Shown here: one piece after another, positions 36,976 through 48,384 of the stretch
Layout of the letters: every line of letters starts with the position of its first letter
Numbering within the stretch: the first letter of the stretch is position 1
Assembly: GCA_002269645.1 (NCBI GenBank)
Contig: NIVC01003989.1
Coordinates: forward strand, 2,146 to 66,145
DNA length: 64,000 bases
Reading direction: 5' to 3'
From: Macrostomum lignano
Taxonomy: Eukaryota
Notes under the pieces: model-generated
Told to the model about the DNA's origin: nothing
The model's database searches: none
Seen by the model: the letters and a program-made list of their open reading frames with translations, nothing else
Position numbers and translations under genes: made by a program

Positions 36976-38831
36976 CTAGCAATCTTTGCCCCCGATGGGG
37001 GGCATCTGGATAGAATCCTTGTTTTTTACAAATAACAAATAGACAGCGAAATAAAGCCTTCAGAAAAAACAACAGACATTCCCTCTTAAAAACAAAACAT
37101 CCCAAGACAGCAAGCATCCTCAGACAACATTCAAGCATTGATCCCCAAATAGCAAGCATCCCCCAGACTGCAAGCATCCCCCAGATAGCAAGCATCCCCA
37201 GATAGCAAGCATCCCCCAGACTGCAAGCATCCCCCGATAGCAAGCATTCCCCCAGACCCCAGATAGCAAGCATCCCCCAGATAGCAAGCATCCCGCAGAT
37301 AGCAAGCATCCCCCAGATAGCAAGCATTCCTCAGATAGCAAGCATCCCCCAGATCGCAAGCATCCCCAGATAGCAAGCATTCCCCCAGACCCCAGATAGC
37401 AAGCGTCCCCCAGATAGCAAGCATCCCCAGATAGCAAGCATCCCCCAGACTGCAAGCATCCCCCGATAGCAAGCATTCCCCCAGACCCCAGATAGCAAGC
37501 ATCCCCCAGATAGCAAGCATCCCGCAGATAGCAAGCATCCCCCAGATAGCAAGCATTCCTCAGATAGCAAGCATCCCCAGATCGCAAGCATCCCCAGATA
37601 GCAAGCATTCCCCCAGACCCCAGATAGCAAGCGTCCCCCAGATAGCAAGCATCCCGCAGATAGCAAGCATCCCCCAGATAGCAAGCATCCCGCAGATAGC
37701 AAGCATCCCCTAGATAGCAAGCATCCCCCCCCCAGATAGCAAGCATCCCCCAGACAGCAAGCAACCCCTGATAGCAAGCATAACCTGGATACAAAGATAC
37801 CTTATAGATATCTAGCAACCCCCTCTCAGATAGCAAGTACTCTCCACCCCCAAGAGCAAGCATCCCCCTGATAGCAAGTATCCATCCTTAAATAGCAAGC
37901 ATCCACCAGAGAACAAGTAGCTAGTGCAACAATTTCCTTAGCTTTATAATGGTTTCATTTTGTTTGGCATGACACTTCTTTTATGTTTGAAATGGTGTCT
38001 CTTTTTTAACTCAATTTTAACTGTCTTCTTTCCAGATAATTACAAATCTTTTCGTAAAAACGCGATTAAAATTGGCCAATTGGTTCTATCTCTAGAACGT
38101 TATGCAAATAATAACACAAATTCTCTTCGAGTGAAAGTCACACGAAGCAGCTATGACATAATCAAATACTCAGGCAGTCAGCATCAGTCTCAATTAAAGT
38201 TAGCAATATGGTTACGCAATTTCTGTCTTTCAACTTGGCACAGTGTTTTCAACTTGTTGTGATGCAATCTTTATCAAAATCAGAATTCAGTCAGTCGGTT
38301 TTTTCTCTAGCATTCTTACAGCGCATTTCAAGTCGAAAGAGCTGCTTGACCTTTGCAAAAAAGCATGTTTTTCGAATATTTAATCCCTTTAGCATTAAAG
38401 CAGATTAAAGAAATTTTAACCGTCTTCTTTCCAGACAATTTTAAATCTTTTGGCGAAAACGCGATCAAAATCGGTGAAGTATTGCTCGCTCTAGAGCGTT
38501 ATGGACATTCATTCAAGCATACAAACCTTAGAGATTTAGTATATTTAGATTAGAAGATTTAGTATATTGTGATTAGAAGAAGATAGAAGATAGACAAGCA
38601 AGCAAGCATACAAATATTAGAGATTTAGTATATTTAGACGATCTCTAAAGCGTTATGGACAAGCAAGCAAGCAAGCATACAAATATTAGAGATTTAGTAT
38701 ATTTAGATTAGAAGATAGAAGACTAGAGCGTTATGGACATTCATTCAAGCATACAAACAAACCTTAGAGATTTAGTATATTTAGATTTAGTATATGGATT
38801 TTGATTTTTAGTATAATGGAAGTATAATGGA
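36976..38831 (-). mobile_element. Helitron D, short non-autonomous sibling of B, with stacked 5' termini
   Basis: 3' hairpin GCCCCCGATGGGGGGC (36988-37003) plus CTAG at 36979-36976, with a 3' region homologous to B. A|TC...ATACTAAA 5' ends are reiterated between 38549 and 38831. Confidence 0.8.
37090..37900. repeat. Expanded 16-17 bp minisatellite (CCCCAGATAGCAAGCAT)
   Basis: Direct tandem repeat with internal higher-order blocks. Confidence 0.92.
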
Positions 38832-39113
38832 TTTCATAATGGTTGGCTTGTGTAGCTGTCAAATAGATCGATAATTGGGGTTGACGCACTGGAGAGAGAG
38901 TGATAAAAATGTACGCGGAGATGAATTAGGGGTAGTAAAATGGCGTGATGTGTTCAGGTGAGTGTACGCACCTACACCCTGAAAGGCAGAGTAATAGTAT
39001 CGCATTTTAAGAAAGCGTATTTAACAATGGCCTCGTCAACCATTTTTCATCTTGCGAGAATTCACATACTTTTGATCGCATAAAATTCTACTCATACTAA
39101 GTAACGATAGAAG

Positions 39114-40239
39114 ATGAAAATTCTTGATGTAAGAAATTGCACGAAGCTAACGACTCCCTTGCGGGGAAAAATTCTGGTTCGGAATGAGGTGAGCTGCACT
39201 TTTAGTTTCTTCGCTTACTTTTGCACAATAGTCAATTAAATGCACAATAGTCAAGAAAACAATACTACTGTAATTTGTAGGTGAAAATCAACTCAAAAAT
39301 TTTTCCTGACCCCACATTTGTTTAGATTCGGTCCTACTCAAACCGTAGTGGCCCCGGCACTTTGTTCTCGGCCCTTCTGATCGACGAGACAGCTGAGATC
39401 AAAGTGTGTTTTTTCGGACGTAACCTTAACGATTCGTGGCAGAAGTGTACCGAGGGGAACGCTGTAAACCTTCACGGCGTTGAAGTGAAGACAGCGGATC
39501 AGCGCTACAACTTTGCTGAGAACCTTTTCGAGCTAAATGTCAATGTCGACAAAGGTGGTTTCGTTGAAGAAGCGGAAGACTTCGTGTGTTCACCGCACTA
39601 CAGATTCCACCCGATATCAGAGCTAGCCACAATCGGGACTAATGGGTGAGAATTCTTATGTCAAAATTATATTCTTATGTCTATATCTATAACTCTATCT
39701 ATCTATCCATCTATCCATCTATCCGTCTATCCATCTAGCTATCTATCCACTTCTCAATATGTCTTACCCATTTATCTATTCAAGATTTGACTTTGAACCC
39801 CATTTCTGATCCTAGCGTTCGCGTCGACTTGCTGGGGGTAGTAATATCGACTGCTGGTCCGACCGACGTCCAGACAAGAAATGGTCCTACGCAAAGGACT
39901 GGCGTTGTCTTGGCAGACAACAGTGACCGTACAGTCCTCTGTACGTTCTGGGGACGGCGAGCCGTTCAGGTGTCCTCGTGGCACATCAATTCTATTGTGG
40001 CAATCAAGGGGGCGTGAACAAGTGACTACGATGTCCTCTCGCTTAGTTGCTCCTCCGTCTATTGTGTCCTGGATCCCGACGGAGTTGACCTCAGTGAGCT
40101 GCAAAAATGGCGTGAGGAACGAGCAGCCAAAGAATTGATGCCCGTTGCTGCCTCTCGCCAGCCGCAGATCGACGATGCGATTTGCATCGACGTGCCCAGC
40201 AGCGTCAAACGGGTCCGCATCCGTCGGGGAAATATCGAG
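39114..40239 (+). pseudogene. Third, more divergent RPA70-like gene (exons 39114-39188, 39326-39645, 39816-40239; last exon not resolved) with a premature TGA at 40015-40017
   Basis: GKILVRNE|IRSYSNRSGPGTLFSALLIDETAEIKVCFFG; VRVDLLGVV...LADNSDRTVLCTFWG...VAIKGA*TSDY. The frame continues past the stop to KRVRIRRGNIE|GTAAG, as in the paralogs. Confidence 0.8.
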
Positions 40240-41088
40240 GTAAGGCTCAATATTTAACTCAATTCAATTTAGTATGCATGCTCTTCCTGTCATAGCCAAC
40301 AGAACCAGCTTCTTCACAAAACTTACAGAGGACGATCGATCTCAACGATTTGGAGCCACAGAGTTCACAGTGAGTAATCGAATACTTTCATGCCGTTAGA
40401 ATTTGCGTTGCGGGTATCAAGGAGCTACAATATAAAAATTTTAACGAATCACAAATCGTACTTGCAGACAAAGCGACACGTCATTCTCCTCTCAGTGAAC
40501 GATGTACGGCGAACATCGGTGAAGATGTACGATGTACGGTGAAGAGTGAAAGCTGATAATAAAATAAAAGCTGAATAAAAATGTTCTGGATAAGAATATT
40601 GAAATAAAAGCTGAATAAAACTGTTCTGGATAAGACTATTTACCTTCTGTCTATTTCACTTACGTATATCCATCTGTCGTTGTGTCAGCTCATGCCTGTC
40701 TGTCCGTCTATATATAAATTGTACAGCAACAATCATTCCAGTCTCCCCAGAAGTGTAAGATTCTCCCCAGATTAGCACCGCTCCCCAGATTAGTAATGCT
40801 CTCTGCAAATTAGCACATGGGAGGAGACTTCATTATTGTCAAAATTCTGCAGTTCTCCTCCCGGCTGGCTCCTCAGTCTCCTCAGCAAACTTGCAATAGT
40901 CCTTTTATCTATTTAAAAATTTCTCAGCATTTAGTACGACTCACTAATCAGTACTCGATACATAACTACACCAATATCTTATCTATTCTATATCTATATC
41001 TATACTCGATCATAGGATTTAGCTATGCCTTCAGCAGTTTAGCAGTATTGTCTGCAGTTTAGCAATTTCATGCTTAAATGCAGGCAAC

Positions 41089-41312
41089 GGTGACCGGACA
41101 TTTCGTCAACCGGCATTTCGTCAACCAGACCAACCATGTCCGGTTGCCGTAATGTTTGGTTGACAATACCAGTTGACGAAATGCCAGTTGACGAAATGCC
41201 ATTTGACGAAATGCCGGTTGACGAATGCCAGTTGACGAAATGCCAGTTGACGAAATGCCAGTTGACGAAATGCCGGTTGACGAAATGCCAGTTGACGAAA
41301 TGTCCTGGAACC
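41089..41312. mobile_element. 224-bp MITE with internal 15-bp repeats and an 8-bp TSD (CAGGCAAC); GG termini, Merlin-like
   Basis: TIRs GGTGACCGGACATTTCGTCAAC / GTTGACGAAATGTCCTGGAACC. Identical 8-mers at 41081-41088 and 41313-41320. The paralogous site near 49778 is empty. Confidence 0.8.
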
Positions 41313-41536
41313 CAGGCAACACCCATTGATGAGATCAGTAACACTCAAAGCAGTTTACAAATCAAATTTGTTTAGTGGCTTGTGCCGATTAGCGAAAATA
41401 TAAGCACAAGCCACTAAGCAAACGTAAAGCAAACTACGTAATAAAAATGTTTCAATCGCTATTAATAGACAGACGTTTCAATTAGTCGATGCAGAATTTA
41501 GAAAAAAATAAATTCATGCAATTTAAATTATTCGCA

Positions 41537-41605
41537 GCGAGGTGGACTCGAACCTGGGACCTTACGCCTAGCCTAAACCTAGTGCCTACATGCGGCTACT
41601 CCGCC
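41537..41605 (-). other. tRNA-derived (Pol III A-box/B-box-like) motif inside the Helitron 5' region
   Basis: GGCGGAGTAGCCGCATGTAGG...GGTTCGAGTCC. Related copies at 49514-49590 (+), about 36395-36455 (-) and a partial one at 19568-19578 (-). I could not fold a full cloverleaf. Confidence 0.5.
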
Positions 41606-42575
41606 TATTGATGGAAAGGCGAGAAAATCAGCCATATAAGCTTCGACACTGCAGTCAAATACATAGCAGTGATGGGCTGCTCAGTGCGCAGGCAGAGCCA
41701 ATGCACAGTTGAGTGAAATCTATAAATAGCAATTGTCTATGCAGTCCGCCATTCAGCTAGGGTCAGAGGAATGTACACACAGCCACTGAGCATTTTTTCT
41801 CTCCCTTGCACACTGTAGCCAGTATTGAAACTTGGAGAAAAAAGTTATGGCGCAATCTCAATTGGAGTTTCAATTCAGTCAGTCGAGATTTTGACCATTT
41901 CTAGCCTCCCATTAAAATCATAAGGAAAACTCGTTTTTCGAATATTTAATCCACTTAGCACGGAAGCAAATATTTGAAAATTTTTAGGTACAATCCTTGA
42001 AAAATTTTGCAGGTTTAGAAAAAAACGCGATCAAATTTGGTTGAGGCATTCAGTATTAAATGCGTCATTCACAAACAGACAAACAAAGGTAGGACTTTTA
42101 GTATATTAGAAGATTAGAAGAAGAAAGATAGAAGATAGAAGAAGATAGATAGAAGATAGAAGATTCATTCAAGCATACAAATATTAGAGATTTAGTATAT
42201 TTAGATTTGATAAAGCTTCCTGACTTTGTGCTGGATGGTCATAAAAATTGCCTGCGCGCTTATGTCTTAGCCGTAAAAATGGCCTGCGCGGTAAAGTCAC
42301 TGGGTTTTTGCGCGCTTGTGCCTGTGCGCGCTTATTTCCACACTTGCCAAAAAATACACATCCGCGCTTATGTCACGCGCGCTTATTCAGCCCTCCCGAT
42401 AAGCCTCACCCAAAGTTCGCAAGAGAATAGCAGGCGCAAATTGGCTGACCTACGGACAAGAAATGACAGCTCTGGAATGCATGTCAACTGGGCCATATAT
42501 ACCCAAATGGGTATATTGATTGAATTATACTGCCTAATAAAATCCCATTTGATTCGTCAAAGGATTGAACAATTG

Positions 42576-43334
42576 AAGGTAAATATCAACATGAAGTATT
42601 ATTTGAGTTGCCGATGCATTTCGTCCATTTGCATTAGGACATCGTCAGGGTCTTTTTATTGAGAAACAATTTGAACGAATATTCAGTATATATAGATAGT
42701 TGAGAGTAACAAGAGTAGTTGAATTGAGTTTTTAATTGATGGTTTAAAACTTGTACATAGTAATCAATTTTTTGATACAGTATTGGTTGGGTAAAGTGCA
42801 TATCAGTTTCAAGCCAGTCCGGTCATTGACAAATCAGCTAAAAAATTCTGAGTTGACGGCTAGCCCCACCCATCGCAAGTTGGTTATTTAACGTGGGCTG
42901 TTTGGTCTTAATGTACAGGGCTTCTAATAGGCAGAGCATGTGATCTCTATTACAAAAATCAATAGCCTTTATCATTTCGTGTGGTTCAGCCTCACAACAA
43001 GAATTGCAGGTTAGCAGGTTAAATAACCAACTTGCGATGGGTGGGGCTAGCCGTCAACTCAGAATTTTTTAGCTGATTTGTCAATGACCGGACTGGCTTG
43101 AAACTGATATGCACTTTACCCAACCAATACTGTATCAAAAAATTGATTACTATGTACAAGTTTTAAACCATCAATTAAAAACTCAATTCAACTACTCTTG
43201 TTACTCTCAACTATCTATATATACTGAATATTCGTTCAAATTGTTTCTCAATAAAAAGACCCTGACGATGTCCTAATGCAAATGGACGAAATGCATCGGC
43301 AACTCAAATAATACTTTATGTTGATATTTACCTT
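42576..43334. repeat. Long inverted repeat: 317-bp arms (42576-42892, 43018-43334) with a 125-bp spacer
   Basis: The arms are reverse complements with about one substitution and one homopolymer indel. No TSD seen. Confidence 0.92.
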
Positions 43335-43641
43335 TATTTATCTACTCTTCATCAAGCGAGCCACTTTACCTGATTGAACAATTGTATATTCTGGCTTTAA
43401 TTGTAAGATGTCGTAATTACGATAAAAGAGAAAAACTCAAGACAATTCAAAACTCCTGTCTAAAAACTTTCAGATGACCAGTTTAGAACACAATTTGAAG
43501 GTTGACATGTCATCATTCTTTCATTTAATATTAGTTATATGCATATAATTGTTAGTTATAGAATGAGTTATTTAGTAATAAATTAAATTAATTGAAATAG
43601 AAAGCAGTTGGAAAACAATTAACCAGTACAAGCTATTCAAT

Positions 43642-44609
<968 letters not shown>

Positions 44610-44633
44610 TGCTGATGCTGCTGCTGATGCTGC

Positions 44634-47600
44634 TCTCTCTCTCTCTCTCTCTCTACACCGAGCCCTCGACGCCGCTGGGAGGCGGCTGGGGGCTTGGCCG
44701 GCCGAGGGGTCGGTCCACCACCCGAAGAAAGCGGCAGATCCCGCCCGCGTCGTTGAGGTCGAGGGGGTGGACAGCGCGGGCGTGGTCTCCCCGGGGGCAG
44801 TCGTCTAACAGGTGACTCTCGGTGTCTGGCTCACCGCAGTCCGGACACCGCGGCGAGTCAGCAATGCCGATGCGGTGGCGGGTAGCGGCACAGGCGGTGC
44901 TGCAGCCTGCGCAGAGCTGGCAGACCGCCGTCTCCTCCGCTGGGCTGATGCGGTCGGGGTGAGTCCATGGTGCGCTGCGTCCCCAGAAGTCACGGTCAAG
45001 GCGACGCCTGGCTCTGTGGATGAGCGCCTTAGCAGTGCCAAGTGGGATTGCCTGTTCTTCTTGGCGGAGATTCACGGCGCGGTTGGCAGCAGCATCCACT
45101 CTTTCGTTGCATTTCACCTCAACGTGGGCCGGCACCCAAGTGAGGCGGATGCGGTGCTGCATCGCGCAGAGGTACTCCGCGCCCCGCGGGTCGCTCTGGT
45201 CGCAAGGACCGCGCATGAGGGTGACGAGCGCCGCTTGGCTATCAGTGAGAATGTCGGCGCTAGTCCCGTGACTCGTGTCCAGGTGTCGGATGCTTGCAAG
45301 ACCGGTGGCTATAGCAGTCAACTCCGCTGCGGTGCTGCTGCAGATCGCTCCAGCCGCAGCAGTGCGCACCTGTCCCCAGAGCCTAGTCGTGATGACCGCG
45401 GCTCCGCGTTTATTTCTGTAGCCTTCGGTGGCGCTGCCATCAGTCCAGATTTCGATGTCCGGCACAGGTCTGGAAGCCAGATATTCGAGAGCACGGGTTC
45501 GCTGAATGCTGTCGGGGAGTCGGCGGTTGCAGGCGTCTGCCAGATTGAGGTCGAAGACGACGTTGTCGGTGAAGGTCCACGGCGGACCCGGCGCCGTATA
45601 CGGCGCGCGCGTATGTAGGTCCAGTTCGTCGGTCAATTCTTGTGCTGCGCGCCTCCAGCAGCCACGGTGTGGTCGCTTGTAGTCATTGACCAGGATTGGC
45701 CGCTCCGGTGTCTGCTGCTGATCTCTGATCCAGCTTTCGTGGGCTCGGGATTTTAGTCGGGGTCTGCAGGTTCTGAGTGCCGTTTGGTGCGCTGGCTGGA
45801 CCCGTAGGACCCTTTCACGGAGGACCGCTGCTCTTTCCAGGAACAGGTGACCGAGCGGCGGCAGGTCGGCGGCGGCCAAGAGCGCTCTGATATTTGTCGG
45901 CTGGATGCACCCTGTGATGATGCGGGCGGCGCAGTTCTGTTGGCGCTCCACAAGGAGGCGTGTGCTCGGGGACGCGAAGGCGCCCCAGACGCCACCTGCG
46001 AAGTCGACTACGGCCCGGACCGTGGAGATGTAGGAGAACTTTGAAACTTGCGCCATTCGATCTGGTGGCAAGCGCCGCCAGTGGTCTTCTGCAGGCTGCC
46101 ATGCGCTTGCAAATGTCACGGGCATGCTGATTAAAAGTGAGCTGGCCGTCGAGGGTCACCCCCAGGAAGGTCGGGTGGGCCTCGTACGCCAGCGGCTCTC
46201 CCGCGATGTTCAGATCTGGGCGCGTTTTCCCATTGCATTCACTTGGCGCGAGGGTGAAGGTGGTGTAGCAGCACTTAGCTGGGCTCATTTCGACCTTCCA
46301 GTGACGCACCAGGTGTGTACCGCATCCAGGGCCGGTTGCAGATTGACGGCACAGCGGTGGAGCGAGTTGGCAGTGCTCAACAGTGCGCTGTCATCGGCAA
46401 AGAGGCTAATGCAATGCCCGGGGCAGCTTGATTAACGGCTTCGACCAGATCGTTGACGTACACATTCCACAGCGTCGGGGCGATGACGCTGCCCTGTGGG
46501 AGGCCTTCGCGGAAACTTCTCTCGCGGCTGAGGGCGGCGTTCCAGCGAACTCTGGCGCGTCTTTGACAGAGGAAACCCCTGATCCACTGGACCATGCGGT
46601 GGCTTACGCCCATTCTAAAGAGCTTGGCGTAGAGAGCCCGGCGCCACAGGCGCGGCTGAAATCGAGCAGAGCCAGGATGCTGTGCAGGGACGGGCTAGCC
46701 TCGAGTCCGTCAAGATATCTTGGCAGATGCGGCCGATCTGCTCTTCGCAGCTCCGGTGCCTGCGAAAGCCGGCTTGACTAGCGGAGATCTTTCCGTTAGT
46801 TTCGAGGAAGCAGTTAAGTCTAGCCAGCACCATCCTTTCCGCACACTTGGCCACGCAGCTGGTCCGGGCGACCGGGAGGTAGCTGCTAGGCTGTTCCGGG
46901 TCTTTTCGTTTTTTGGAGATCGGGATGATAACTGCCCCTTGCCAGGCGTTGGGTGTCTTTCCTTCTCTCCAGCTACGATTGATGAGCTCTAGCAGCGCAG
47001 AGTCGCCGGCCGGTGGCAGGTGTTTAAGCATTTCGTTGTGGATCCCGTCCGCTTCAGCGGCTTTGCCCGATTTAAGTTTACGCAGAGCAGTTCGGAGTTC
47101 GGAGACCGAAAGTTCTACTCCGATGCGTCCAGGTGCCCCGTCTGGTTCCGCAGTCCGGCTTTGACTTCGTAGCGGATAGCGGCGTCCTCAGGTCTACGCG
47201 GCACCCTGGAGACTTCAGCGTACAGCTGGCAGAAAAGATCTGCCTTATCCTTGTCGGAGTGGCAGGTATGTGCTGGTCTCCCTTTGCTTGCGCTGCTATA
47301 GATAGTAGCAGCATCTCGCTTCTTAGCTGACTCCCCTCGGAGGTTTCGGAGCAGGGCGTAAAGGTCGCTGTTGACATTAAGCTCGCTGGCCTTTGATTCC
47401 AGACAGGCTCGGCGCTCAGTGCGGATGGTTTTGGCCGCGTGGTGTCTGGCTCTGTTGTAAGCGGCCATGGCTTCCGGTGTCTTTGTGGTCTCCGCCGTGG
47501 TCCTGGCTTCTTGCACCGCGTCGCACGCTGACTGACATTTCTCGTTCCAGAAAGGAGCTCTTCGACCAGCTCTGCTGCCTCGCGGGATCGCCCGGTGTGC

Positions 47601-47723
47601 AGCCCTGAGGATCTCTTCATTGAGTGCGGCGGCCTGTTGGTCCAGTGTCCTGCTGGCTTCCAATTGGAGCGTGTTCAACGCGAGCTGCAGGTGGTCGCTG
47701 AAGGTGGCAGAACCTTTGAACAC
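44634..47723 (-). mobile_element. 5'-truncated, frameshifted non-LTR retrotransposon (RT + RNase H + CCHC; I-group, Ingi-like) with a (GA)n tail
   Basis: GIHNEMLKHL, PISKKRKDP..SY.PV, QAGFR, GLPQGSVIAPTLWNVYVND, FADD, FLGVTLD; RNase H WTDGS, AELTAI, TDSQAAL, WVPAH..NERVD; CPDC...HLLDDC. No endonuclease is present. Confidence 0.9.
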
Positions 47724-47729
47724 CCCGCT

Positions 47730-48384
47730 CTGTGCAGTTCTAACCCTAACCCTAAACCTAACCCTAGCAACTGAATCCTGACACTCGAGTTCTGTTTCGC
47801 GGAGAGCATTTCGATGGTGTGCAGTTTCACGGAGAGGATTTCGATGGATTTGGAGAAACGTTGAAGGATGGTATTCGGAGGGCTGCTTCTAATGGAAATC
47901 TTTCGATAGGTGATTCATTGGGGAATTTATTCAATGGGGTTTTTTTCGATCGAGGGTTCTTTGAATAGGGGATTCTTTGGATGAAGGATCCTTTCGATAA
48001 AAGGATCCTTTAGATATGGGTTTTTTGGATGGGGATTCTTTAGATGGGGGTTATTTAGATGAGGGGATTCTTTAGCCGAGAATTCTGTAGATAGGGGGAT
48101 TATTTGGAGGGGGATTTTATATATGCGGGATTCTTTGAATGGGGATTCTTTTGATTTTTTGATGGGGATTATTTGGACGGGGTTCTTTAGATGAGGGGAT
48201 TCTTTGGCCAATTATTTTTTGGTGGAGATTATTTGGTTAGAAGATCTATGGATTATTTGGATGTGAATTTTTTGGATGGGGGATTCTTTGCATGTGAAAT
48301 TCTTTGCATTGAGGATTTTATGGATGGGGAAAACTGTGGTTGGAGTTTGGACGGAAAGCCCCAACGGGGGTTGGAATTGGCTAG
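47730..48384 (+). mobile_element. 3' portion of a non-autonomous Helitron (F) with TAACCC repeats and GGGGATTCTTT repeats
   Basis: Ends in an AGCCCCAACGGGGGTT hairpin plus CTAG (48381-48384), abutting the TC of element G. Confidence 0.65.

Larger units (their letters stand above)
40700..42205 (-). mobile_element. Helitron E, 5' portion (sibling of G); may extend over RPA-like 3; no 3' end recognised
   Basis: TCTAATATACTAAAAGTCC...TTTGTTTGTCTGTTTG 5' end at 42110 and a second 5' end at 42205. Reverse-complement homology to 48.4-50.2 kb. Confidence 0.65.

Noticed and set aside
36971-37863. MLAIWG/GDACYL repeat ORFs (also 12322-12831, 41039-41375, 47927-48412)
   Set aside because: By-products of minisatellites or a MITE.
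41537-41605. Functional tRNA gene
   Set aside because: A/B boxes are present, but I could not form T and anticodon stems, and the copies are embedded in repeats and diverge freely.
47741-47766. True telomere or chromosome end (also 2162-2221)
   Set aside because: Short, degenerate, interstitial tracts embedded in repeat elements.
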